DNA of 64,000 bases from Lama glama. Lineage: Eukaryota. The notes beneath the pieces were generated by a model, which saw only the letters and a program-made list of their open reading frames with translations, was not told where the DNA came from and ran no database searches. Below, one piece after another: positions 52,056 through 64,000 of the stretch. Position 1 is the first letter of the stretch; every line of letters begins with the position of its first letter. Where the stretch lies: the NCBI GenBank assembly GCA_028534125.1, contig CM052816.1:49602001-49666000 (forward strand), read 5' to 3'. The position numbers were made by a program, and so were the translations under genes.

Positions 52056-55000
52056 ATATTTTTTTGACTACCAAAATAGAAACCTAGAGAATTGCAACAA
52101 AGATCATTGGAGTAGCTTTGTCTCTTGCACCAGTCCTGTTGGGGTTACTTGTCCTTATCTGGCAGAGTTCTATGTCTGTTCTGTATATCCATTTATCCTT
52201 TATGTCTCTCAAGGAGCCTGTCACAAAGTAGGTATACAATACGTATTTGTTGGATGAATATGAGGATACTTATTATCAATGTGTTGTTTACATATTTGAT
52301 GTAAATTCAGGGAAGCACATGTTTCTCTTTTCTGAGGTACAAAGATGCTGCATGTTATCAGATACTGAGAACTACAAAAGCTATTTGGCTTGGCTGGCAG
52401 AGACGTACTTAACATTCAAATCCACTAAGTATTCTAAGTTCCTGTTGCGCCCACTCTATATGGGTTTGGACATCTATTTCTATTTTTAACTATTTTAATT
52501 TGTAGGGGTTTTACTACAAGCTGTTTCAACTGCTTTATGGAAAAAGCAGAGTATATATTAAAAATAAATAATTATTCCAAATGCTTCCCAAATGGCTCTG
52601 CATATATAGTGAGAACATCACAGCACAGCGTGTATAGCAGTAAAGATAAATCCCTTATGACCAGCTCCAGAAGCTCAAGTCAGCCTTTTTAGAGCCAGGA
52701 CAATTACTCCAAATTTCTAAGGAGCTATGTATAGATAATTCACCATATTTGAATAGAGTAAGCAGGGGAGTCCACTTAGGAATTAATAAAATATTATTTT
52801 GGTGACAATATGGCTAGCATTTTCTAGAATCATTTTCTATGTCTTCATTTAGGATGAAGTCCATTGTAAGTCTGCAAGTCTACACCTGTGATTTTTTTTT
52901 TTTTTATAAAACTTGCCATGTGCGTAGTTCTCTCTGTAAAAGGTGACTCAGTGTCCTTGTTAAACCACTACTATCAGCATGACTCTAAGTTATGTAGATG
53001 GATTGACTCAGGATGGCTGATTGCTATCTCTGAGATACACTGGCTAATCTTTTAAGTCTGTTTAGATAAGTTCCCAGTCCGTCAGTTACTTTTTTAACTT
53101 GCAAAGTAATACAAGGTATTTAATATACTTTTGTGTTGCTGGTCTAATATATCAAGAACTAAACAGATGTGAAATTATCTTATTTCCTTGAGGTAGTCTT
53201 ACTCCTAGTGGACTCTTAATTTTTTAATTGATATTTTAAACTCATAGGAAATGTAACATATTTCAGTTTCTCTCTAAGTGTAGTCTTGTAAGAGTGTAAA
53301 TGACATTTTTATCTGAGAACATGGTCTTTTTCTTTCCTCTTTGGAGCAGTTGAATTGAAGAAAAATATTTATTGCTAGCTATCTTTCTGCTGTAGTTTAT
53401 GGCCTGCCATTCTCAAATGGTTCAGAGAGTATATTTAAAATGAACCTCCTGGTCATTTTCTGTCTTTCAGGGACTTTGGACATGATTTGATTTTGTCATG
53501 TGAAAGTAGAGTCACTCTTTGATGTTCAAATTTCTTTCCCAACTTTTATTTTTAAACCTTTCTCAGGTACCAAACTCATGAACCTTGGTGTATTTTAAAA
53601 GTAGACCGTCTTTTTTCCTCCACATATTTTCTTTAAGAAACCATGATTAATACTAAGAACATTGTCACTAATAAAGGAAAAAGAGACCATGGGAAATCAG
53701 AAAGAAAGAAAACACCAAGTTTTTCTTTTCGTATTTGTAGTGACTTCTCATATTCAGTTACACACTGGGTGATTTACCGCCTGCCTGGAGAGGTCCAAAG
53801 ACAAAAGACTGTGACTGAAGCTGCCCCTCTGCCTGATGTGGAACAAGGGCAAGATATTGTTTGAGGAACGGACTTCGCTTTAGAATATGGCAGGAAAAGG
53901 ATGTGTGGGGATTTCCTGTGGGTCAGATATGACCCCAAACGAAGCAGCTGTGTTGTCTTAGGAGGGCTAGAGCCCTAGAGGAAAGCCCAGAGAAGCTCTC
54001 TGACCCACCAACATGGTGGTCCACAGGCAGCCAACCAGGGGTCAGAGCATAGCAACCCATCAGAGAAGGCAAGCTAGAGGCAAGGAATTTCCAGTGATGA
54101 GATATCTTCAAAGAACAGACAAAATTGCCCTACGAGAGAATGAGCCCACAACTGCACATCTGCCACATCCAGGTCACCAATGCCACATTTCAACCTGAAT
54201 ATCAAGGAGGACTTTCATCTCATCTACTCTGACAGTGGAGAAGCCAAAATATATCTAGAGAACGGAAGATGAGTTGGGATGAGACAGAGTATGAACCTAA
54301 CTCTTTTCCCATTTTTTCCCTTGGACACTGCCTGGAGGGCCCCCTGCCCTGTATCTCATATTGGGGACCTTGCTCTGGCCTTCCTCTGGCATCAACCTTC
54401 TCCATGGGGCAAGGAGTCAGTGGGCACAAGGAGCATGACCACCTGGAGACAGTTCCCCCTTTTCATGCCTGAGGTACTCAAGACCCCAGAATACTTTGTC
54501 CAGATGACACCCAACATTCTTCCTGGGTAAAGTAGGTCTCTTTTCTATATCTGCCCTGCCATGAATGAACTGTGTCACTGGTATGCGTAACCCTCTGCTC
54601 AGTGGCAGGTCATTGGGTAGTTGTTTGCTGGATGAGAGATAGACCTTGGATGTTCAGACTGGGGTATCCATTGAGAAGAGTGTGTTGAAAGCCCTTTCTT
54701 CCAGGGTCCTCACTTTGTTTATGAAACTCTGAAATATCTGGGATTCTCAACTCAAACTTAGTCTTCTACATTGTTAGAAATGTGGGAGAAATTATCTATC
54801 TGTCTGTCTGTCTGTCTTTCTATCTATATTTTGCAGTTTGTTAACCTTATTTATAAATTTTCAACATTCAGACAAGTAAGAGAGCTGCTTTTTTGCCCAG
54901 ACCCTGCACATGTTAAGAGGGGGACTGCTCCTTCCCCACTGCTATGTTCCCAGCCTAAAGTAGGCTGGGAAGGAAATTTCCAAATTGGATATGATTATGG

Positions 55001-58000
55001 AGGTTTAGATGCTACAAGACTGGACATACTTTACTATATAAAATATAAGTGATCGTTTATTAACTGAAAGTAAGCCAAGGATAGTTTTATTACCTAAAAA
55101 TAACCAAAAACACTATGGAAGCTGCTTCAAGATTTGATTCAGTGATAGGTAGAAATAAGTATCTAGTATTAGGTAAAAGATATTCTTGTTTTGTTTTAAA
55201 TCTTACAAGGGAGGAAGCTCTTTGGTTAATAAGGAACCCAGTGTTCGTTTTCTTTGGTTTGGGTAAATCATTCTCTTACAGTCACCCTGTGATCTTAGCA
55301 TCTGTCTAAGATACATAGGCTTGAATAGAAGATTAGTCATACCAAACCGAGTTTTTAAAAAGGTAATTGTCCTGAAGTTAGCATAATAATTTTTTTCTTT
55401 CTTAACTTGGGAATACTTCATTAGATTAGAAAAGACTGCAATAAGAAAAATCCAATCCTATTAACCACTTTTTATTCTCTAGAAGCCATAGGTAGTTGAG
55501 CATGGTTTCCTGATTAAAGCAAATAGGAAGGAAGGGAGGAAGGAAGGAAGGCTTAGTTTGCAAATGTTTGTTAAAAATCACCTCACATGAAACTATAATT
55601 CTGGTTGTTTTTTTTTTAAATGGTTTCAATTAGACATATCTGTCTTTCTTTGAAAAAAGAAATTAAAACCTTCTGCTAAAATATACATCTGTTATAATAG
55701 AAACACAAAAAGTTGTTAAGAGGATGAGGAAAGGAACCTATTTCAGTTCAGAGACTACAGCAAGGTATAACAGAGGAGGAGGCGTTTGTGTTGGGCTTTT
55801 GGATGCACATAGAAAATTGTGATATTCCAATAAGTGGATTTATGTCCTATAATTTTTCTCTTCTACCTTTAGTATGTCTTTATATTTTAAACCACTTTAA
55901 AATTGAGCTCATCTTTATCCACATAGCTTAATAACCAGATTAGAGAACTGATACTGTGTCAACATGACTCTACTATTTCTTTATGAAATTCTACTCCAGA
56001 AAGATAAGGCTGCAAACCAAAAAAAAAAAAAAAAATCACTATTTGTTTCCAGAAAGTCCTAAAAACAAATTAATCTGGATAAAGAGTTTTCTCATGTAGA
56101 CAGTTAGTTCTTAAAAAAAAAAAAAAAAAGCAAGTAGGACACAACATTAAATTCCCAGATTCATCAGACTCATCTTCCTAGATATTTTCCCTATAATGTA
56201 GTTTCCACATTGAGTGCATATACCCTGGAAGTGTGCAAGAGACAGTCCTCTGACAGCTGCAAAGAAAACAAGGTGACACACTCTAACTTGTTGTTAACAT
56301 TACATATCTTAATCAAACTCCCGTTTGCCACATAGATTACCAGAGGCATCTCACTGGGTTTATCTGTCAGAAGGACACTAGGACAGGGGTTCTGAGGGAA
56401 GGTAGGAGTTCACAGTGCTCTGCTTATGTCATCTGTTTTTAATTAAATTAATCCTCACCCCATCCACAATTGGCCTAAGAAGACATCTGCAAAGAAATGT
56501 TAGATCAGACAAATTACCGGTAGTGCAAGAAGATGAGAAAATGGCAGCTTATGTTTCTTCTCCTATTAGGAGCTCAGCACAACGCATTATGAAATAAAGC
56601 CGTGTCAGACTAGTCATATCTAAGAGGAGATTGGCCCCCTTATTATTATCAACATGATGTAGAATATATTTTACATCCATCGTTATTGCTGATGAATTTA
56701 CCCAGAGTAAATACCATGTTTTGAGATGTTAATGGTAATACGAAGCATAACAGTTAGGAAGATTCTTTAAAATTTGTATTCCAACCTTTCTTATTAAAAA
56801 AAAAAAACTTCTATCTCCCCCTACATACATTTTGTAATGTATAAAATATATTTATTTAGTAATACTTGTATATAGTTTACAAATACTTAACTATACACTT
56901 TTGGAAGTACATACTGCAGTTAAAGTTTTACTGATAGACATGTATGATCAAGAGTTTTGAGACTATGATTAGAAAGGACTGCAGAGTATTTAAATTTTTT
57001 AAAAGAAAAAAAAATACAACATAAGAGCTTATGTACCCTTAAACTTGTAAGACAAATGAATGTCTTACTATATTTATATTAACCCATTTCCTCTGCTTCT
57101 AACTAACCAAAGATAGCATTTTCTACCTATAAATTTGTAGGCCATTTAGGATTGTTGAAGCAATAGAAAACTTCAATCACAGAGATTTATGCAGCCCTTG
57201 GAGAAATACAATACTTGTAACAATGTCTTCACCCTGGCTTTTATGAAAGTGATTTAAGATGAGCTAACTCATAAATGCACTATTTATTTATAATGGATAG
57301 CTAGTGGCCTTTTAACTTTTTTTTGTGAATGGAAGGTTCTACCCACTAATTTGTATTGCAGAGTGGCAACAAGTGGATCTCCAGAGATGCCTGTGGCTAA
57401 AATGTTTCCACTTGGTTGTGCATGTATAAGCAACAGGGATATCATTAAAATATAATAAAAATGCACATTGTTTCTTTTTATTGTTCTGTTTGTTCCTTTG
57501 TTATAGGCACCACAGGGGATACTTTTACAGGTTTTATAATAAATTAGGGAGGATATAAAATGACTGTAGATATTTGGGAGAGCAGAGTTTGAATATTAGA
57601 TCAATACTGTCTATACTGAAAATGATACTGAAGCACAAAGGGATGGAATGACAGAATTGCATTCCTTGTCCTGAAAGTTTCAAAAATCAAGGTAAATACC
57701 TTGTTATAGAAAATGGAGAATTTATCACAAATACTATTTGCAAAGTAGTAGTTTCTCTGCACATCTTTAGAGAAAAGGTTTTAGTACATAAAACCAAAGA
57801 TTTCTGTATTTATGTCTTTTTTTGTTTTTAACTATCCCGTTTTAACATGTAATTGAGGGATAAATAGAAAATAGATGCAAAGCTTATACTTTATAATAAA
57901 GTAGGACCACGCACAACAGAACTGTGGAATATAAATGTATCTTGTGTATGCTAGAAGCACTTTAAAATTATGTTTTGGTAATCAGTGTATTTCTGTGTTG

Positions 58001-60399
58001 ACGTTCTGAGTGCTCTTTCATCTCTCAGGTATTCTGTTTGGTAGCATAATTCAAGGCATGTCTCTGAGAAAAAGCTGACATATTTAGGTATGTATGAATG
58101 CAGCTGAACTTTTGTGTGTTTTGCTAGTGGGAATTCGATAAATTATTTTTCCAGTATTCACTTTAATTTCCTTCCATGCCAATACTATTATTTAAAATAT
58201 CAGAGTAGCATTCACTTCAAGAGTTGAGAGGTAAATTGGCAACACCCGTAGGTTACTTATTTTTGTGAGTTGCTGGATAAAAGTAGAGAAATGAGAATGC
58301 CAGAAGTTACTTGACTCTGTCCAATATAAGTGATATATTTATAAAGTAGTCAGACTTCCATTTACTTTTACTTTTATTTACTAAGACATCTGGTTTTACA
58401 AATGTATTCATTTTTATCTTCCTTTGTATATAATGAAGCTTGTTGTGCCTAACGGTTTCTTTGTCTGTATACTATTTTAATACTTTATTAATTATATGCA
58501 GTGTGCTGTTTCATTATAGCACCACCACTTTGTTCAGTAATATATTCCAGTTATTGTGGTCTAGAAATTTTCAGAAACATCCACCACTTTTATTTGTCAC
58601 CAAAATATGCTATATTCTAATGAGGCTGAGGTATTGTTTTATTCTAACTACCTCTTCTGAATATTTATGCATTTTGTAACTTGCACATTTAGCTGTCTAT
58701 ATACTCCTAGCTTTAATTCATAACACAACTTTATAAGAAATAATTATAAGGGAAAAGCAAATTTACCAGCAAGAGTTCAGAAGAATTAAAAACACTCATC
58801 ATCTTCTTCTAGATCATTCTCTCTACAGGCTTCCTTAGAGAGATGACACAGATTCGCAGCTCTGCCACTGTCAGGAACACTGAGTTATGTTATGTGGGCA
58901 GAATGGAAAGGGTCCAAGACATTGATGTTGGGAAAGCATAGAACCAGACTTTGTAACTTTAAAATTATGTTGAATGTGCAGAATGTGAACACTTAAGAAA
59001 ATAAGACTTCAAGGAAATAATACCAGAAATTGTGTAACTGTGTGTGTGTGTGTTTAGTTGGAAAGATTTGGGTGTCTTATCCCTGACAACTGCTAAGCTT
59101 TCTTTACCTTGATTCTTCAGAGTAGTTTGAATGTTATTTACTGGGCACCTTAGTTCACATATGGATCATATGTAAAGCTGTTTTGGAATCGGTGATGATA
59201 ATTCTCCCCACTTCATTTTAAAGAAAAAAACCAAAAGGTTAGGGTGAGATTCTTGTCAAAAACTCTTCAGGTTCTTGTTAGAATCAGATGGTAGAAGAAA
59301 TATTTTTAGAGCTTTATTAAGAATCCTTTGTTTTTATCTATCTGTAAGAAAAATACAGCAAAAATCCTGGATCATGGTTCATTCCTGGCATAAAAAATTG
59401 GATATGGGTGGCACCCAAGAAGGGGAAGCCCAGCTGTGTTTAACTTCTCTTTCTGTCTCTGTGACATGTGCTGATGGTGCTCTAGTCTGGTGTCACAAAG
59501 GAAGGTATATTGGAGAAAGATCTTATCAAGTGGATGCTAGGTTTAAAAAAAGAGAATAACTTCTCCTGAAGCTTTTGCAAACAATCTCTGGAACTGAACT
59601 TATTGCTCTCTCAGAGAATACACTCTCCTGTAACTTTACTGTAACTTTAATTTTATGTGCGGGGCTGCCGCCTCCCCCGAGGGCCATCTTTAAGTCAAGG
59701 GACTATGGTGAGAGGTTGGTTTTCAAGTGCTTGAAAAGCTGCTTCTTTATCAACCTATACAACAAGTAGAGAAAATAGTGAACACTTTAGTGAAATTGTT
59801 TGGAAAGAAGATGCCCTAATAGAGGATCTTCTTCTTGTTTTCATGTTTCTACCTAATTTTTATTTAGTTTCTTATTTAGTTATTTAAATTTAGGCTTTTA
59901 CATCCTTGACCCAGAAAAATCTGAAATAGTATCAGAGGCTGTTTTTCTCCTAGTAGAAAAGTGTGAGCTAGGAGTCAACCTGGAGTTAACTGGTCTACTA
60001 CAGAAATGAGTGGACAGACATCAGGTTAATTCATTAAGAACTCTCTTTGGAATAGTGACCCCAGTTGTCCATCCTTTCATTTCTCTCCTGTATATAAAGC
60101 ATGATTTCTGAGTCTAAAGCTGGGAGATAGCTGTCTGAAAACTTAAAAAGAGTTTCCTCAGGGAGAGCTTGGGTTCCCAATGTGGAAGTAGGCATCACTG
60201 AATAAAAACCCTTCTCATTTTGCAAATGGAGGTGTTCTTGCTGCCTGCTCCCTTATCTTCCACATAACTTAGAGTTTCCAGTCAGTCCATCCTTTCAAAA
60301 GAGAAGACTTGGTGAAAATCAACTTACAAAGAGACTGAAGAAACCACACCAATTAAGTATATTAATCGATCTAGTGTTTCATCAGATAAGTAGACAATC

Positions 60400-61700
60400 G
60401 CTGATCATTTGAAGTCAACAACACAAAGCAGAAGATCCAAAATCAACGCATAGAATAACTGATACAAGACTAAGCAAGGCTGATTCGTGGAATGGAGAGA
60501 ACTTTTTAAAAAATATTTTAATGAGAAACATAAAGAAAATGATATTCATAAAACTAGAAAATGTCACTTTGAAAAAGTTTATGGGTATGAAAAATGTGAG
60601 TAGAAAAAAAAATTAATGTAGTAGAAGAATAAAGTCAGAGAAATCCTCCAAAACTTAGATCAAAATATAGAGACCTGAAAAGCACAAGATTATGTTTAGC
60701 AAACATGGAAAACCAATTTAAAAAATTGAACGTAGGACTAATTTTGTAGATCCAGGGAAAACAGAAATTGGAGACAGTAACAAATAAGTCTTCATGTGAA
60801 ATAAATTAATTAATACTAACAAAATGAACACAAAGCAAATGAATATATCCAAACAAATTCTAATGAAATCTGAATATAGAGAAAAATCCCAAAATCCGTA
60901 AGAAGGGTAACATGTTAACCCTAAAGAAGCAAAAATTGGGTTGGCTTCAGACCTCTCAAACAATGACAGTATACATTAGAATTAAATAAAGAAATGAATG
61001 ACCTTTACATTTCTAGGGATACATGAATTTGAACTTAGACTTCTTTTACCAGCCAGGTTTTATTCACGTGTAGGGACAATTTTTAAGACAGCAATTCAAA
61101 ATAATATTTTTCTTACTCCTTTCATGAAAATTACCTGAAGATGTCCTATGGCAAATGAAAAGAGGATATGAAAAAGAAACAGCCTCCAATAAAGAATAGG
61201 AAGGAAGAAAGGAAAGAAGGAAAGAAAAAAGGAAAAGAAGTCCCAGGAGGTAGCTTGCAGCAGACCTGGAAAGCAATCAGCCCAACTCAGAACGAGAAAT
61301 CAGAGGACTTAATGAAACTGTCTTCAAGTATCATGGAAATAAATTTCAATTAAAATATGGAAAGATTGTGATCATATGGTGGATATGTTGATATTTCTGT
61401 CAACTAGAAAAAAAATTCAGGAAAAATAAGAGAAAGAGAGGGGGAAAAAAGCTCTGTAAATATGAAGCATCTAAATGTGACATGATTTTAAGCAACTGAT
61501 AGAATATGTTCAATATTCAAAGGAAGTCCATCTGACCATGATGCTAAAACAGTCTCCATAATATGGCACATTTTGGGGAAGCAAAGTAACATTTTTCTAC
61601 TTGGTTCTGCAGTGAAAAATATTCATATAATCATGTTATTGTAAATGCTCTTCATTTTCCAATTCTTGCAATCAACTAAATACAAGACATTGGATAATTA
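60400..61700 (+). mobile_element. Very old L1 ORF1-like / HAL1-like remnant
   Basis: A-rich strand. aattgggttggcttcagacctctca resembles the IRLASDFS region and gaacttagacttcttttaccagccagg resembles the PRILYPAK region of ORF1p. No intact frame. Confidence 0.6.
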
Positions 61701-61704
61701 ATAT

Positions 61705-62217
61705 AAAGATGGCATTATCACCCCAATTCTTCATCCCTTCATATATCCTCATCCTTTGTCACATGTGACTTTGGATCTTCCTGTAAAGGAGGAATTTATT
61801 TCTCTCATTCCTTAACTTTGAGTTTGGAGATGTGACTTGGTTTGGCCAATTGAAATGAAGTGAGGTTATGATAGTGAGCCTCTTCTGAGCCTAGTCCTTA
61901 AGAAGTCTTGTATGTTTCACTTTTGTGAACTTCAGTTGTCACATAGGCGAGATGCAAAAGATAGTTGCTATATCCTCAGCTTGAGTCCCAGAATGATCAC
62001 ACAGGGGGCGAACTTGAGCCCAAACCTCAGTAAGGAGCCAAGTATGGTGAGATCTTTAGGTCAAAGCCAAGCTCCTCCATGAAGCCCGTTGAGATCTCCT
62101 GACACCAACAAAACCCCTCACTGAGACTTGGATGTTGGGGAGATAAATACATGCATGTTGTGTGCCATGGAGGTTTGTGATTGTTACACAGCTCTGTAGC
62201 TTTCATCAACTGATAGA
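61705..62217 (+). mobile_element. Old MLT1 (H-J-like) LTR
   Basis: ccccaattcttcatcccttc; atgtgacttggtttggccaat-gaa; gccatggaggtttgtgattgttacacagc..aactgata. Confidence 0.65.
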
Positions 62218-64000
62218 TTCACCACCATAGAACAGAATGTGTTGAAAAAACATAAATAAAATTTTGATAGTGAAAAAAATAGTAGGGCAGGAAAGAGACA
62301 TGAAAAGTGATATATAGCCTTAATGTCTAAAGCTTGTGAACAAACAGTGGGTTTAAATATACTGGTTAAGATTGTAAATGTAATCAGTTGAAGAAGGAAA
62401 ATAATTAGATAACTAAGAAAATTCAGAAAGCACAGAGAATAAGAGGAGGTAGTTTCTGGAGATCATTTTTTCATTTGTATAATGAGTTACTATTGATAAT
62501 GAATAGAATAAAAGCCATAGGTTAAATACTTGTAATTCACAAGATTATGTACATATATATATATATGTAATATGTATTTTATGTTTTATTTAATATATAT
62601 GGCAAGTAGATAAAAATAAGGTATCAACTGTATTTAATTATGTATGGTTACAGCAGCCTCCATATTTCTTAAAGATATGAATTTATATAGTTAAGTGGTG
62701 GTATCTATAAAGAGATCTACAGGCTTCAAAATGTATTTGTATACTTAGTAAAATAGATTAATCAGTAGATCTTGGTCCTTCTCTATCTCTTTGTGATTTA
62801 ACCAAAAGGCTTTAAATACTGTGGTACCCTGGGTATGGATTTTATTTTGGAAAATATTAGCATCACTTCTGCAGATAACTCTAGTCCATTTAAGTTAGAC
62901 TGCATAGGTCTTTCTTCATCCCCTGAAACACAGAAGGAGATTTAATGAGGGTAGGGAAGTAAGTTGCTGTGTAAACTCAAATCAAACTCAGGGCCAAATT
63001 AAACAACCAAATTAAGTAGATGGGGTTACACTTGCATTTACTATTTACTGATGTTTAGTCCATTTTACGAGTGATTGGATTTTATTAAAAGGAACTAAAT
63101 TCTTTTTCTGCATTAACCTAATAATAGCATAACAGCAATGCAGTTTCTGATCAGACCCATTCCGCTCTAACATAGGACCATTTGTTAATGTGCTTGTTAT
63201 GGAAGTAGCCAATTATTTTAATCAGGTTCATTGGAGATGATGGAAATTGTTGCCCTGAAGGCTTACTTTTACTATGTGAAATTACATGGTAAGTGATTAA
63301 TGGAATGGAGATCTCCATCTTAGTGTATAGTAAAAGAAAATAATAATAAAACCCTCCTTTTATATATGTGTGTGCACATGTGTGTTTAGTCAGACCTCTC
63401 ATTTAGGAGCCGAGAGAACTAGAGAAAATTATTTCATGATTTTAATATGAAAATTACAACCTCTTCAATAGATCCTAAGAGTGCAGGAAACATACACATC
63501 AATATACTTTATGAACTTACTGCAGAAAAATTTCTGGGAAATAATATCTATTTGGGAAGGTATGGATAACTCCAGTTATAGTTTAATAATCTTCATATTT
63601 CTGATAGCCATCTGTATCAGAAATAAATCCAATCTGAAACCAAAAATATATGAGCAATAGAAAATCTTGCTGTTATACGACGTTTTTTCCCATTCATCTT
63701 CATTTAAGGCTTCCTGCAAAGCCTTCCTTGAGTGATGAATATAACCTGCGAAGCAGGAGGTGAACTACTGTGAAAAAATAGTATTTTTGTCATTTTTATG
63801 AATACAGCACCTTCTATTAGTATGTTTTATTAAACTGCTCAGTCTTTCCACTAAGGCCTGCCTCATCTCACTTGGGCAGCATGGCTCTCACTTTGAGGTG
63901 TAAGTATAAAAGAAAACAAACCCTCTCTGATGTGCATTTGAGAAGGCTGATGCCCCTCATTAATTCTTTGGGCCTGCCTTTGTGATACAGTATATGTGGG

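Larger units (their letters stand above)
37982..64000 (+). other. EDIL3: EDIL3 intron downstream of the RGD exon (partial)
   Basis: Begins GTAAGT. The next exon (NINECEVEPCKNGG...) was not seen in the window. Confidence 0.85.

Noticed and set aside
58005..58035. Recursive-splice-like YAG|GT sites (also near 13436, 38881, 53566)
   Set aside because: Donor halves are weak (GTATTC, GTAACA, GTGATT, GTACCA), and such motifs are common by chance. Saw-tooth RNA-seq coverage would be needed.
1..64000. CRISPR array, operon or other prokaryotic/viral system
   Set aside because: No regularly spaced repeats, no dense ORFs and no foreign-composition insert. The window reads as continuous mammalian intron.

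Overview
AT-rich mammalian intronic DNA, very probably from a camelid (three tRNA-Ala-derived Vic-1-type SINEs). The only supported coding sequence is one 129-bp phase 1-1 exon at 37853-37981 (+) encoding the RGD-containing second EGF domain of EDIL3/Del-1. I did not find the neighbouring EDIL3 exons (the 30-nt ASDEEEPTSA micro-exon and the EGF3 exon), so the rest of the window is the two flanking introns. These hold ordinary transposon relics: L1, L2, MIR, MaLR/ERVL solo LTRs, MER5 hAT elements and SINEs. Several relics keep readable target-site duplications (TSDs), and two are nested insertions. There is also a ~237-nt pure pyrimidine microsatellite. I see no convincing undescribed biological system. 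The best leads are an in-frame candidate 48-nt cassette exon, inverted L1 pairs able to form pre-mRNA duplexes, and some local palindromic rearrangements. Repeat subfamily names come from recalled consensus sequences, not a database search, and boundaries without a TSD are approximate.
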